Shown here: positions 1 to 13,363 of the stretch, one piece after another
Layout of the letters: each line of letters begins with the position of its first letter
Position numbering within the stretch: the first letter of the stretch is position 1
From: Moniliella sp. 'wahieum'
Lineage: Eukaryota
Assembly (NCBI GenBank): GCA_003971905.1
Contig: RSEE01000031.1
Span: forward strand, 310,001 to 374,000
Length of the DNA: 64,000 bases
Reading direction: 5' to 3'
The notes under the pieces: generated by a model
What the model was told of the DNA's origin: nothing
Database searches by the model: none
Seen by the model: the letters and a program-made list of their open reading frames with translations, nothing else
Program-made: the position numbers and the translations under genes

Positions 1-245
1 GATCTGTTGAGCCATAGGGTGGTTCGTGCTTTGGCCAATGTCCCTTCAGTTCCTCCTCAGGCCTGGGAATTCTGTTTTCTCTCTCCTGTTTTTCCTTGTT
101 CAGCGGCTTATAGCCCCTGGTGGCAACTCGCTGCTTGATGTTCCTCTGTAGGCGTTGCTGGTTGGCTTAGACCACCGCCACCACCAGTGCGATTGCATCA
201 CCCTCGAGGACCATCCGGACTCCAGGCCCCAGGTCTCATCAAGAT
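1..245 (-). repeat. Dispersed repeat family A (~230 bp), copy 1, cut by window edge
   Basis: Reverse complement matches 55541-55770 by eye (CCTCGAGGGTGATGCAATCGCACTGGTGGTGG...CCAGCAACGCCTACAGAGGAACATCAAGCAGCGAG...GAGGAGGAACTGAAGGGACATTGGCCAAAGCACGAACCACC). Confidence 0.85.
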
Positions 246-978
246 CACATGTCACAGTGGTGAGTCTCACCTGTTTTCTTTCCGGGTGCCCTGTCCACTG
301 TCCTCCTCGATCCGATCCGTATCCACTCGCGCAACATACGAATGGAGAGCGAAAAGCGCTTTTTTCTTAACCCTGAGGCCTGACCGCTCTATCCCTACCC
401 CCCTGCTTTTAATTATTCCGTGTCTCCCATCAAAACATACTATGTTCCGAGAAGGCCCGACAGCTCACAGAAGCAACGTCCTGAAGATGGGTTTTATGTT
501 TTTCGTTCGTGCCATATGCCTGAGCGGGTGAGCGCACACGTTGGCCGCTCGTAAAAGTGGGCGTATTTGTGTGAGGGATAGAAGGGTATCCGGTAGATAT
601 AGGTACCACAGACAGTGTCTGCACGCAGCGTTGCTCTTGCGACGAAGCCGAACAGGTGGGCCCAGATTCAACACAGGCATTGCGGCAGTGTCCGCAATGT
701 GCAAGTGGGGTGGATCTAAAATAAGTTGCAAGCCAGGGGCCCCGCGCTAACATCTCAGACAAGCCCCGTCGACGATCCTCGATCCCCCTCAAAAATCAGA
801 GTGGCACCGCAACCGCGCACCATCGAATATCATCACGCATCCTATCCACCAACGCGCCTCTCAGTCCGATGTCCACAACGTCCGTCCCACATATTGGGCC
901 CCATTCCATCCGCTCCCCCGCCACCTGAACCACCACCACCAGCCCATCATCGTTTTCGACTTGCTTTTTTCCGTTCAC

Positions 979-2933
979 ATGTCCTCCACCACTGCACCTC
1001 TCATCCATGCTCCCACCAGGCGGCCCCGTTCGCTCAACGACGAGAAGCACAAGCCGCTGTCGGCCACGCTGGCCTCTCCCACTCAATCGCGCTCATCTTC
1101 TCTTACCTCCCTCGCCCCCTTCACTCTCACGCCCAGTCAAGAAGACGAGCCCCCCCTCTCGTCCTACCCTGCTTCCTCCCAAACATCGCTTCTCCAACCT
1201 GCGCCTACGCGCGCGCCTCTTGGCACTTGTGGCGCAAACGCAAAGGCCCGCTCTTTCCCTTTGCTATGCACGCCTGATCACTCACCTTCACCGTCCACCC
1301 CCTCCTCAACTGGAATCCTGCGCAACCCATTGCACGTCCATCGTACACACCCCGTCTCCTTTTCGGAACTAGATGAAAGCGGGAGGGTACGCACACGCAT
1401 TCGCGCGGTCACCTCTGAGCCCGACCCAGAGACTGCGCTTCGGAAAGAGCAGGCCGAAAAACGCGAGCGAGAGCGCAAGCGTGCGCGGGAAAAGGCCGAA
1501 GCACGACAAAGGGAGAAGGAAGCTCAACGCCTGCGGGGGTTAGGCAAGGTTGCCATGCTCTTAGGCATGGCCGATATCAACTTTAACGCCCAAATGGCTA
1601 TCCTTGGTGGGTGGGGTACTGGAAGTGGTTCCACCACCTACCTTCCTTGGAGCAGAAGCGTGAGGCGGAGAGGCAAGTCCGCAAGAAGTTTCAAGCCGAC
1701 CGTCGGCAGCTCGTTCTTGATCATGCTCGCACACCTTCTCCATCCCGATCCTCGGGTCACAGCCTGTTCCACAGGAGGCCGGCTCACTCCCCCCCCGAGG
1801 AGGAAGAATCGGAGGGGGAGACAGAGGAGCACGATGGCTGGCTGAACCCCGATGAGTTAGCTGCCATCAACGCCATTATCAATACCCGCCATTCTATGGC
1901 GGCCGCCCGGGCCTTGTCCAATGGACTTGTCTCGCCACGTCCTCATTCTTCCCAAGAAGTCTCCTCCACCGATGATTCTTCAGGAAAAATTCACTTTGCA
2001 CCCCTTCCTGTGCCGTGGGTGGACGAAGAAAGAAGTTACTTTACCTCTGTCTTCTGGACGTTACTGCGAGAGGACAACAGTCCAGAAAGCCTGCCGTCTA
2101 CCTCCCAAGCTTCCTTGGAGACACACGACAACAATACATCTGATAAGGATGATTCTGAATCAGTTCAGGGTCTCGACCAAGTGCACCACCCACGGCTGCC
2201 GGCTTGGTACGCATCCTTTTTCCTCTTCCCTACACTAGTATACCTGGACACTAACACCATCGTTCACACACGCAACAGGCACATGAAGCATGCCACCAAG
2301 TTCCACCGTCATCACTCCGACGAAGCGTCGATGCTTCCCCCTTCACGGATCAAGTTGCGTCGGACGGAAACAATGGGAGCACTAGAGACCCTCCGTCACT
2401 CAGCCACCAAAAAGCTTCCGCGGCCTACCTTCCGACGCACCATGACCGACCCCCCTCGACGCCGAGAGTTGGACCCAGCCGAGCGTCAGAGGCGGCGTGA
2501 TTTGGTTCTTGCCGCCCGTCCAGGTGGGACGGGAATGGTGACCTTGCTGGATGGCACACGCATTCCCGCACGCAAAGTGACTGATCCGGATGCGGCTTCC
2601 CTATCCCAAAGCGGAGAATGGGGATATGCCCTCTTAGCCAAACACTGTGCCAATCCGGATCCCCCGCTCCATGCGGAGATTATGCGACGGCACGAAGCTG
2701 AGGTGGCCACGCTGGGGCGGGAAGTGCTGGCACACGTGTACCAGATGCGTGCCAAGCGGCTCACGGGGGACGAACCACCAGAAGAAGAACCACCCGAACC
2801 CACCATGCCAGAAGACTTGGATCGGGCCACTACGCGCGCTGCAGCTCAAGAGCTTTACCACCACCGCTCCCAGACTCGGATTGATTCCTCGTCAAGTTCC
2901 TCGGTTGAGTCAGACCAGACGGCGCCAGCCTAA
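979..2933 (+). CDS. Hypothetical Ser/Pro-rich protein with charged coiled-coil; frameshift near 1600, intron ~2207-2278
   Basis: Two long overlapping ORFs (961..1845, 1611..2933) join near 1600; canonical intron GTACGC..CTAAC..CAG; no family recognised. Confidence 0.55.
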
Positions 2934-3665
2934 CGATGGCCACATCTCGTCAAAATGTTCATCATAATGGCACATTACTTATTGACGGGGCTTGCTGCGG
3001 ACCCGCTCCCTCTTTTTTGCCCGGTGCAATGGAGTAGTTGTGCTATACTGTCGCCTGCCTCAATACCGTTTCCATCTGTCCCTCTGTCCCTGTTCCCGGG
3101 TGGTGTGCTATCGATCCTATCCTGCATCTATCATGAGAAGAACGGGTAGAGCCGACCCACCAAGGCAACATCTCGTCCACGCTCTGTTTTTGCATGATCC
3201 TAACTGCGCCATATTTTACCGTCATGCCACTGGTTTCACTCTGGTCACTGGCCTCGCTGTCTGCATACTGTACATTTGCCCTGGAAAGGAATACCCCGTA
3301 TGTGCGTAAATCCCTGTCGCTGAGATATGTCGATTGATACAGTCAGTATACGGCGGTGTTATCGGAGATGTGAGTGTCTCTAATAATACGAAGAGCGCAA
3401 TGCAGCCCATCCTGCAAATTCATAGGCAGCCATCGCTGCAACACCCAACGTAACGCAATTATAGGATGGGGTGCATCTACGTCACTAGTACATGAGACCG
3501 CATGCAACAAGGATCAAGCTAATCTAGCTCTAAGGGCGGAGGGAATGCACAGTCGCTAATATCGGAGCTACATGGGGTGCCTCTACTACCAGCTCTACCA
3601 GGGTCCCACAAACGCCTCCAATAGTAGTGTCGCGAAACAGGGTTACAATTTGGGGAAGACCGTAT

Positions 3666-3696
3666 TCAACGTTCATTGATCATAACTGAGTGCTCA
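3666..3696. repeat. Phased TNA-N4-TNA chain, degenerate cores
   Basis: TCA ACGT TCA TTGA TCA TAAC TGA GTGC TCA: five TNA triplets at 7-bp spacing. Confidence 0.6.
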
Positions 3697-3936
3697 CTCA
3701 CGGCCTGCCTAACAGTACAGCCGTCATGCGTAGTCGTGTCTCATGGTCTCAGATCTCATCCCAGGATATGGTGTGGTTGCGAGAGGTTCATCGTTCATCA
3801 ATACTTTCAGGCCCCGACTCGCCTGTAGGGTGTGGTTCAGATTTGTTCGATCCGAAAGCCGACTCAGTCCTCAGTTGATCTATATCACAGTAGGAATGAA
3901 GGAGTGAAAGGTAGAGTAGGATATTAGCTTGACCCA

Positions 3937-5748
3937 TTAGGCTGAATTAGGGCTGGCTCCCAAGCCATGAAGGTAGAGGAAATTCCTCAGGTCACGCAGA
4001 CCTTCGGTCTTACCCTGGACTACGACCGTAGCCTGCCCTGATCCAAGGCCCGAGTTGAGATCTTGACGGATGACAGGGTTGTCGCCACAGAGGACGCGGG
4101 TCGCCACACGGTGAAGGGTGGGCAGGTCAACCTTATCGATCTGTGCGCACATTTCCTCCACGCTGGTCCGCTTGTTGTCTGCCAGCAGTTGGCGTCCGAG
4201 ATCCTCCACCTGCACCAGCCGGCTTTCCAGAGACATAACCAAACTGCTCTTGAGCTGGTTACGGGCGCGCGCCAGCTCAATCTCTGTCACACCACCTTGG
4301 TATTCCATGGGTGCCGTGCACTTGATCAGCTCCTGGGCAATGACGTAGCCAATGCTGCTCACAAAGCTGGGATGCACGCTGGCAGCAATGCCAAACAGGC
4401 CCGAGTCGTTGTAGCAATGATGGAAGGCACTGCAGTGCTCCACCGCATGGAAGCGGTTCAACACATTGGTGTAGAGACGCGAGTACATTCCCTTGCCTGG
4501 TCCCCCGGCACTGAACGAACCACCCCCACCAAGGAGAACTTGCAGGGTCGCCAACGCATACAGATCCGGGTCGTGCACGTTCATCCCCTCAAACCCAACG
4601 TAGACATGGGTAAACTCCGACGAGGGATCTTCGATAAACAGTTCACCTCCAGTATAGCGTGACTTTCGGTGGCCAGCGCGTTCCAGTCCGATGCCGAACC
4701 CGAGGGTGCGTCAAAAATAGTGTCGGGGCATACGAGGAAGCACTGGAGAGAGAGGAGGCGGAAGAAACGGACCCCGTGTCCGACACAGGGCGTGCAGGCA
4801 TCCCTCCAAATAATTTTTCCACTTCTTGCACCAGGACCTGGTGATCCATCCCCGCTCCGGCTACAACCATCCGTTCAGGCGAGTACCACAGCTTGCGGAA
4901 CTCGCGCAAGTTCTCGGAGGTCATTTGGGCCACACTCTCAGGCGGGGCGAGGAGAGGGTTGCCCAGCGTGTTTCCCTTGTACGCCACAGCATGCAGAACC
5001 TCAGGGAGGTTGAGCTCTGGCTTGCTCGTGCACTCTGACACCTCCCAAGTCACAGCGTCCTTCATCAAAGCCAGTTCCTCCTCATCGATGAGGGGGTGGA
5101 GGAGAGTATCGGCAAAAATTGAAAGCACGGGACCAAGGTGCTCTTTAAAAAAAGAGGCTTGATACAGGATTGATTCGCGGGCTGACGTGCACATGACGTT
5201 GCTACCCACTGCATCAATGGCCTTGACCATCTCCTCGGCTGAGCGGTTGGTCGTAGCCTGCAAGCCGGGTCAGTATGTTACGTCACTGCGGTGGAAAGCA
5301 GCAGGTGCTTGAGTAAAGTACGCACCTTGAACGCCATCCGGTCCGTCATATGCGACACTCCGCTCTCACCTGGCACCCAGAGCCTCTCGTAACGAGAGCC
5401 AGCATCAACATAGACACCCGCAGCAGAAAAGTGGCCAGGAGTCGAGTCCGATGCAACACGGAGACCATTGGGGAGGGTAGTGATCTGAGTCAGAGCATCT
5501 GAGGAGACAGTTGGATTGGACACCACGTTCTCTCGCAACGAGGGAGATAGGGAAAGATGTGACCTGGCGGAGGAGGAAAGGTGGGAGCGAGCGGAGGAAG
5601 ATGCTTGAGCTGCGGCGGATAGGGCGCGCGCCACGCCGTGTGGGCTGAGCTGTACTCGTGGCGGACACGACGTGGAGAGAGAGCGAGTGACCATGCCGAG
5701 CATCCTTCCCGTCGGCGCTGGGCGCAGGGGCATTATCGGGAGCCGCAT
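3937..5748 (-). CDS. MAS2: Mitochondrial processing peptidase alpha subunit (M16 family); intron 5258-5325; frameshifts
   Basis: TQITTLPNGLRVAS, GVYVDAGSRYE, SHMTDRMAFK, glycine-rich loop LLGGGGSFSAGGPGKGMYSRLY, LESRLVQVEDLGRQ; Arg/Ser-rich presequence. Confidence 0.93.
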
Positions 5749-6751
5749 TGGATAGGAAGCAGAGGAAGAAGGTGGTGGTGGTGGTGGTGGTGGCGGCGGG
5801 GCTCGCAACCTTCGCCGCCAACCCCCGCAGTGCCGCAGCAGCGACCGAAACGACTTGGCAATGTTCTGAACCTGAACGTTCAGCACATCTTAGTGAGTCC
5901 GGAGTGACTGATCCGTACTGCGATTGTGTGAAGCCAAAACCCGGCGTTTCGGCCACCTGGATTCCGAATAAACGCCGCGGCGGAAATAGCAATGCACCGA
6001 TCCCTCTCCACTGCCGCCGCCTTGGTATTTTCAGTGCGCCTCGGCCAGCGCTGAGCGCCAGGTCAGCTTGTCCGGCGGCAATTGGTGGTTGCTTCCACAC
6101 AACCAGTTGGCGATCCTGCCACCACCACCATCTCGCGCACCCATCCTCCCCCCGCATCCCCTTCCAACAATGCATCCTGGTTTGACTCATATTTGCGCTA
6201 CTTTATCTGTCTCTCTTTATCAGGACCCTTCCCTCTGCTGGTTCGGCATTGCCCGTTCTCTCAGCGGAGGACGAGATGATGATCCGTCATCAATTAGAGT
6301 CAAGCACGGATCCAACCGCTTCGCAGCGGTTGATGCCGATCCGCTTTCAGCACATTATCTGACTCTCCTCCTCGCCGGTGGGGCACTTGGCCGCTGTGCA
6401 GCCACGCTTGGGCCTTCCAGTTTTCCCCTACATTGAAGGGCGGCGCGCTAAATCTTGTTTTCTCGTTGTTTTCGCTAGTGCCTGGCGCGTTTTCTGCTGC
6501 AGTTATTCTGTCCTGCCCACTCCGCCTTCATATAATGGCTCTCTTACTTAGGATAAAGAGCAGGGATGAGGTCGATGCGGTCCTCCATCTCATGGCCGGT
6601 GGAGGAGGACCAAGTACGGTAGAATTTGACGCACTTTTCCTATGGAGCAAATCATGCTCATGACTGGATGAGCATCGTTACGCGGCATGCATCATACATC
6701 TGCATCACCCAGGCTCAGCTCTGGTTGACACCGTGGCTGCATACGTTGTGG

Positions 6752-6770
6752 TCAAGCTTCAAGCTTCAAG
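6752..6770. repeat. TNA-N4-TNA array (TCA AGCT)n
   Basis: TCAAGCTTCAAGCTTCAAG. Confidence 0.8.
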
Positions 6771-7690
6771 GTGAATGATGTTTTGAATTAGCGACATTGT
6801 AAGGAAATCTTGCGGTCGCGCACGTCGCGCAAGACTCGCAACTTGTGCCTGTTGATGCAACTTCCGCACCTTATCTCGCCCCCTCGCGCTTCTCTCCTCG
6901 CACCACTCCGAGTGGAAGATGAGTCCCATCGGCAAGTGGGGTAGGGCTGCGCGTTCCAGGTTCCATGCGCAGCAGGCCAAGCGCTAAGCAGCACATGCCA
7001 TTCCCTTGCTCCTGGTGTTTCTATGTGGCTTCTACTTCCGGCACGGAGCATCCCATCACATGGTGGTGTGCGTCATATGGCATGGCGGTCTGCGGGTTGG
7101 GTTGGGTGGCTGGTGTGGCGCTTTTGGAGGGTGGCGTCCGGCGCCTGGCCTCGGGGATATGCAGAACCAATCCGTCGGAGGTTGCGAGACCTTCCTGCGG
7201 CGGACACGGGACACTGGCGTGGCCTGCCAGCCGGCGTGTCTGCCCAGGCCATGGAAAAGGCGAGGGAGACGGATAGGGTGGAGGGGGGCGAGTGAGGCCG
7301 GTGAGACGAGGCAGTGCCAGGCAGTGCTCCAAGGCGGTGCACAGCCGCGCTCGAACAGCCTCGATCAGCCGGAGTGACCGGTGAGCGTCACTCATCAACG
7401 TCATCGGTCACCCGTCACGTGCATATCACCGACCATCAGCATGTGCCGGCGGCGAGGCTGACTGCCGCAGTGCCTGCTCATGTGCTTGCCCTGCGGAGAG
7501 ACACACGCGCACAGGGGCAGTCTCGCGCCCTCGAGTCCCATTATGAAATCGGCTAGCGTGTGCTGGGCTGGTGCCTGCCGGTGCCTACGGATGCCTACGG
7601 GTGCTGGTGCTGGTGCTGCCGAGGTGATGCACATGCTTTGGGGACGACCCCCCGCGTCCTTCCCTTTCCCACCACCACCCTCCTCCCCCC

Positions 7691-8882
7691 ATGTCCACCA
7701 CGCAAAAGAAAGTGCGGACGGTGCCTTGCGCATACAAGACGGGCCGCACCCTGGGCAGCGGCACCTACGCCGTCGTCAAGGAGGCCCAGCGCATTAGCGA
7801 TGGCCAGCGGTTTGCGTGCAAGATCATCAGCAAGAACCTGCTGCGGGGCCGGGAGCAGATGATCCGCAACGAGATTTTGGCCATGAAGAAGGTATCTCAA
7901 GGCCACCACAACTGCGTCACCCTGGTTGACTACTTTGAGACGCTCAACAACCTCTACGTAGTCACGGAACTTTGCACTGGTGGCGAGCTGTTTGACCGGA
8001 TCTGCGAGCGCGGTTCCTACTATGAAAAGTGCGTTCTTCTCCCTCTGACTCCAATGAGGACTAGGCTGACCTATGATTCCATCTTAGGGATGCTGCCCAC
8101 CTTGTCCGAACCATCACAGGAGCGGTCAAGTACCTGCATGACAATGGCGTCATTCACGGGGTACGTCCTGCCTCTCTCCCTCCTCCTCCTGCCTCCTCGG
8201 CACCATCCTAACCTGATCCCCTTTAGACCTTAAACCGGAGAACCTGCTTTTCAAGGACAAAAGCGAAGATGCCGAACTGGTCATTGCGGATTTCGGACTG
8301 TCGCGCATCGTGGACGACAACAAGATGGTGTTACTCAACACGACGTGCGGCACACCCGGCTACATGGCTCCTGAGATCTTCAACAAGACAGGGCACTACA
8401 AGCCGGTGGACCTGTGGGCAGTGGGGGTGATCACCTACTTTCTCTTGTCGGGCTACACGCCCTTTGACCGCGAATCGATGGCGGAGGAAGTCAAGGCCAT
8501 CACCTCGGCCGATTACGCGTTTGAGCCAAGTGTCTACTGGGAGCGCGTCTCCCCTGCCGCCAAAGACTTTATTACCAAGCTCCTGGTAATTGACCCTGAG
8601 AAACGGATGACGGCAGCCCAGGCGTTGGAGCACCCTTGGTTGGCCGGGGCCGAGGCGCAAGACGCGGACCTTCTGCCGGGTATGAAGCGGGCGTTCGACG
8701 GGAAGATGACGTTCCGCAAGGCGGTCAATGGTATCCGCTTGATCAACCGTTTGCGCACCGAGGCCCACTCGGTCGACTCCAACCCAGTCCGGCCCGCCGA
8801 GGTGGAGGAGATCCAACGCTCGATCGAGATTGCCAAGCACGAGGCGCCGCCCGAGCAGGTCTTGGCCAAAGACCAGGACTAA
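7691..8882 (+). CDS. CMK1: Ca2+/calmodulin-dependent protein kinase (CaMK1/Cmk-like); introns 8029-8087 and 8161-8226
   Basis: GSGTYAVVK, ELCTGGELFDRICERGSYYE, DLKPENLLF, IADFGLS, TTCGTPGYMAPE, C-terminal CaM-binding helix TFRKAVNGIRLINRLR. Confidence 0.88.
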
Positions 8883-9127
8883 GAACGCTCTTGCCTCTTC
8901 CTGGCTCTTCTGTAATTCTACGATGGAACATTTATCAATACTTCCACATTTCGCTTTCAGTCAGCTCACAGCTTCCCAAAGAGAGTGGGTGGGGACTTTG
9001 TTCGTAAAACTCGGGGTCAAATTGGTAGGGGCTAGAGTGCCAACAACTGGAACAGGGGAGAGAGAGAGACCCTGCATGCACACCGCACATACGGGAGGAA
9101 AGAGGGAATCCTCGGAGGGGTTACCGG

Positions 9128-10943
9128 TTACCCGCGCAGGCTCTGACCCGTCGAAGGACCGTTGTAGCTAAAGCCGGCAAACTGAGCCTGAACTGTAGCC
9201 GAGAGAAGGTGCGAGTCGTCCACCAGGGAGTCGGTAGGGACCTCGTTGGTAAACTCAGGGTCAAAGTTGGAGGTGTCGATGGCAGAGGCCACACTGGGTT
9301 TGAAGGGCGGCCGCACCTTCTTTTGCCAGAGCAGGTCCCAATCAATATGCTTGGAAAAGAACGGATGGGACTTGATCGCCTGGGCCCCTGCCGCGCCCGA
9401 ACCCAGGCGCTGTGCCGGGTCCCTCTGCAGAAGCAGAGTGAGGAGCGAGCGGGCATCCGGGTTCACGTCATCAGGAAAGCGGAGAGGATCTTGTAGAATC
9501 TTGCGGTACATCTCATTCACGTCCTCCGAGTAGAACGGCGGCAGGCCCGTCAACATCTCATACAGAAGAACCCCCAGCGTCCACCAGTCCACCGCCTTGG
9601 AGTAGCCCTGGCCCAAGAGAATTTCGGGAGAAAGGTACTCGGGAGTTCCACAGAATGTGTTGGTTGTTGCCTCGGCATCCATGTTGAGTTTACACAGGCC
9701 AAAGTCGCACAACGCAATGTGGCCTGTATAGTCGAGAAGAATATTCTCGGCTTGAGGTCACGGTAAATGACTTGGAAACCATGCAGGTGTTCCAAGGCCA
9801 GCAACAGCTCGGCAGAGTAGAAACGCGAGCGCTCCTCACTGAACCGGCCCTCCTGCTGGAGATGATGGAATAGTTCACCACCGTTGACAAAAGCGAGGAC
9901 GAGATAGAGCTTGTCCGGCGACTGGAAAGACAACTTGAGGGGGACGATAAATGGACAGTTGACTTGAGCGAGCACGGTGCGCTCGGCAAGCGTATGGGTG
10001 ACTCGCTTCGACTGACAATGTGGGCCTTACGAAGCGTCTTCATGGCATAGATCCGGCTCGTGTCCCGCTTGCGCACTTGCATCACCTTCCCAAACGAGCC
10101 CTTGCCAATAACCTTGAGCAGCTCAAAGCTGCCCATGTCAATCTTTTCCGATGGCCCTGTGGGGCGGTAGGCAACTTGCAAGCGCACCTGGCCCGTTCCA
10201 CCAGAAATGGCAAACCACTCGTCGGTGCCTTGCCCATGGGAGCGACCTTGGAGGCCAAACTGTCAAAGTGAGGGACAAACTTGACAGAGCCAAGGAATAC
10301 ATCGGCCACACCCATCGCTTTGTCGCCTCCGCCCGAACTTTCATTCGAGGGTGGGTGCTCCTGAGCACGGAGGTAAATCGACAAGGAAAGCTCCGAGTTG
10401 CGGCTTACATCAAAGTTGGCCTTGTACAGCCAGCAGGGGCTGGCCAGGTCGCCCGCGACCGAGTCGAGCAGGACCTCGTTCTTGTCAAACTCGAGCACGG
10501 CATAGGGCAGCCACCAGACATTGCGCTTGTGTCCAGGAGTAAACGCGAGTGCGGGCGATTGGGCGACGTTACGGCCGAGGGAGGAGCCATACAGGCTGCC
10601 CACACCAACGGGGTGGCCCATCTCCACGTCCCGCTGAGCAGCACGGGCGACAGCATCGGGTACGGACATACCGGCCGGCATGCTCAGCCCGCGCGCTTGG
10701 ACGACGGCAATGGTGAGCACGCCAGTGCGCGCGATGGGGGCACCTGTGGCAGAGGCAAGGGGAGGGGGCATGCTGCCTGCATGGGCGGGGACGGCTGGCT
10801 TGGCCTGCTCGGCCAGGTTGCTCGAGCTGGTGCGGGCGGACAAGACGCCGTCCTTGAGTTCTGCGGGGGGGGTGGAGGGTTAGCACCGGGAGGCAGGCGA
10901 TGCGCGGCGCACACGTACTGCTTCCAAGCTTCCACGAGGCCAT
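9128..10943 (-). CDS. YPK1: AGC kinase Ypk1/Gad8 (SGK-like); intron ~10862-10918; several frameshifts
   Basis: N-terminus MASWKLGS, WWLPYAVLEFDKNEV, FELLKVIGKGSFGKVMQVRKRDTSRIYAMK, TNTFCGTPEYL, hydrophobic motif QFAGFSY. Confidence 0.93.
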
Positions 10944-11211
10944 GGAGAGGTGGTAGGGGGGGGGGGTGGCGGTGGTGGCGGTGGCGGTGGTGGCGGTGGC
11001 GTGGGCGTGCGCTGAGGCTGGGATGGACATGCGTGCCTGGGCCAGGCGTCGGTGTGCGATTTTGCTCAGGCTGGGTGGCTCCTGCTGTGCTGCTTGCTAT
11101 TGCCGCTGCCTATTCAATGCAAGACTCAACCCCATCCCACTTCCCAGTCGCATGGCTTGCTCCACGCTGACCTAAGCCAGCGCGCTCGCCCCGCCCGCCA
11201 CCCACGCGCCG

Positions 11212-11274
11212 TCACGCGTCAGCGATCATCGATCATCGCGCCATCGACGGTCACCGGTCACCGGTCACCGGTCA
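11212..11274. repeat. Mixed-core TNA-N4-TNA arrays
   Basis: TCA CGCG TCA GCGA TCA TCGA TCA ... TCA CCGG TCA CCGG TCA CCGG TCA. Confidence 0.8.
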
Positions 11275-11366
11275 CCTGACCGGACCAGCCCATATCTCAC
11301 ACCCCGTGGCTACCAATACCACCGCCTCCTCTACGCCGCCCAGCCAGCCAAGCCAGTACAATACAT

Positions 11367-12322
11367 TTACAATCGCTTTGCCAGCTCGTCCACCTGCGCA
11401 CCCACACCTGCTGGCCCACTCGCGCCCTCGCTCCGTTCTCGCGGCAGCGCCGCCAGCGCCCGTCGCACCTCCCATTGCAGGTAGGCATCCCGGTTGCCCA
11501 GCTCCGGTGGCGGCAGCTTCTCTGCGTCGGTGTCGGCAGGCCGAACGGGAAGCAGCGTCGCACCCGGCACAGCCAGCGCGGCAGAAAGCGGAGCCAAGCT
11601 CGCCAAACGCTGTGCAAGCCGCAGGAGCTCATGCGCGTCTCCCCGCACCTTGCGCAGCATCGCCCCGTGGTGCGGTCCACTTTGGGTGTGCCGTCCCGGA
11701 AGAGGAAAGTGACATCCTCCATCTGCCGCTCCAACAGCAGCTTGCGGGCTTCCTGTGCTGCCCGTGCATCGTCCAGCATCGCGCCTGTCTCCTTGAGCTG
11801 TGCCCCCGTCAGTCTTCCATTCCCCACCCAAAAGAAAGGCGCAACGTACATGTTTGATCTTGGCGCGCAGTGCACGCTCTTCCCTGCTCAATTCATAGTG
11901 ACGGGCAAGGGCCCTGCTTGTGGCCCCATCAGAATCAGGGCGTGGTAATGGACGAAGGTCCAAGCCCTGCTGGTGGTCGAGCGTGACGAACGCAGCCTGT
12001 CGCGGGGTGATCCCGAAAACATGTACCAGCGACCAGAGCTCAAATGTATCGTACATCTGGTCCAGGCGATGTTCAAACAGTGTAAGCAGCTTGTGCATGC
12101 CTTTTTCAGCGGCAAGCGCATTCTCTTCCTTCTTATCGGGGAACTGCTGGTCCAACAAGTCCACCACTGCACCCTCCACATTCTCCGCCAGCTCGTACAG
12201 CTGCTGGTTAGCTGCATCCACCAACTTGTCCCCCATGCTTTTGGATTGAACCCAAAGTGCTCGGTAAGCAGTTCGAGGTGTTCCTCCGTCGACGCGGGGC
12301 CGTCCAAGTCGAGGGAGGCCAT
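11367..12322 (-). CDS. MIS12: Kinetochore protein Mis12/Mtw1 family; intron near 11800-11850; frameshift
   Basis: LLTEHFGFNP...KLVDAANQQLYELAENVE and EKGMHKLLTLFEHRLDQMYDTFELWSLVHVFGI resemble the Mis12 N-terminal domain. Confidence 0.75.
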
Positions 12323-12516
12323 GGTGTTGGTTGTGGGGTGTTTGTTTAATGCGCGACGCGAGTTGCCCAGCCCAAGCACCAGTTTCCCCCAGAAAATAAA
12401 ATTCCGCCGGGCGGAATAGTATTGCGTGGCCTAGCCAGCCAGCTGCCACCCAGACGGGTCCGCGTTGCCGCTCCACAGCGATTGGCCGCACCACCACTCC
12501 ACCTCATTCAACCACG

Positions 12517-13195
12517 ATGGAGTCGTTTGGGATCACCGGCAAGGGCTTCACCATCATTGCGTCCGACACTACGGCGGCTCGCTCGATTGTCAAGATGAAG
12601 GGGGACCAGGACAAGCAGAAGGTCCTCTCGCCCCACCTCGTCTTGGCCTGCTCGGGCGAGTCGGGCGACACGTTGCAGTTCGCCGAGTTTGTCGAGAAGA
12701 ACATCAAGCTCTATGGCATGCGGTATGTCTCCCCCTCCGTCTTGGCATATCCTTGTGCTTGTGTTGAAAGAATGGTAAGCTGACGTGGCAAAGGAACCAT
12801 ATTGAGCTCCGGCCGCAGGCGGCAGCCGCCTGGACGAGGAAGACGATCGCCGAATCGTTGCGCTCGCGTAGCCCATACCAAGTCAACATGCTTTTGGGCG
12901 GATATGATGTGTCGACCCAGACGCCCAAACTATTCTGGCTAGACTACTTGGGCACATTGGCCGAGGTGCCGTTTGCTGCCCACGGGTACGGTGCGCACTT
13001 CACCATGGGTACCATGGACCGTTGGCACTCGCCGACATGGACCTGGAGAGTGCCCTGGGCTTGCTGCGCAAGTGCATCTCGGAACTGCGGAAGCGCTTTT
13101 TGGTCGATCTGGGTAACTGGACGGTGCGCGTGATCGATGCCGAGGGTGCCCGGGAGGTCCCTTTGGGACAGGTGGACGTGCCGGCTCACACTTAA
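12517..13195 (+). CDS. PRE1: 20S proteasome subunit beta-4; intron ~12723-12792; frameshift ~13030
   Basis: MESFGITGKGFTIIASD..ARSIVKMK, SGESGDTLQFAEFVEKNIKLY, LRSRSPYQVNMLLGGYD, LDYLGTLAEVPFAAHGYG. Confidence 0.92.
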
Positions 13196-13363
13196 ACCAA
13201 TCCATCGCAACGAAGACTGATAACCTGCCCGCTAGACTATAAGGACTAACAGCAAGGACAGGGAGACGTAAGATGGTCATTTGTAGAAAAGTCAGGCAGA
13301 GATCGGATGGTCACACATTGGTGAGGTTGGCAAGGGCCAAGATCCTTTCGCGAAAGAAGTAGG

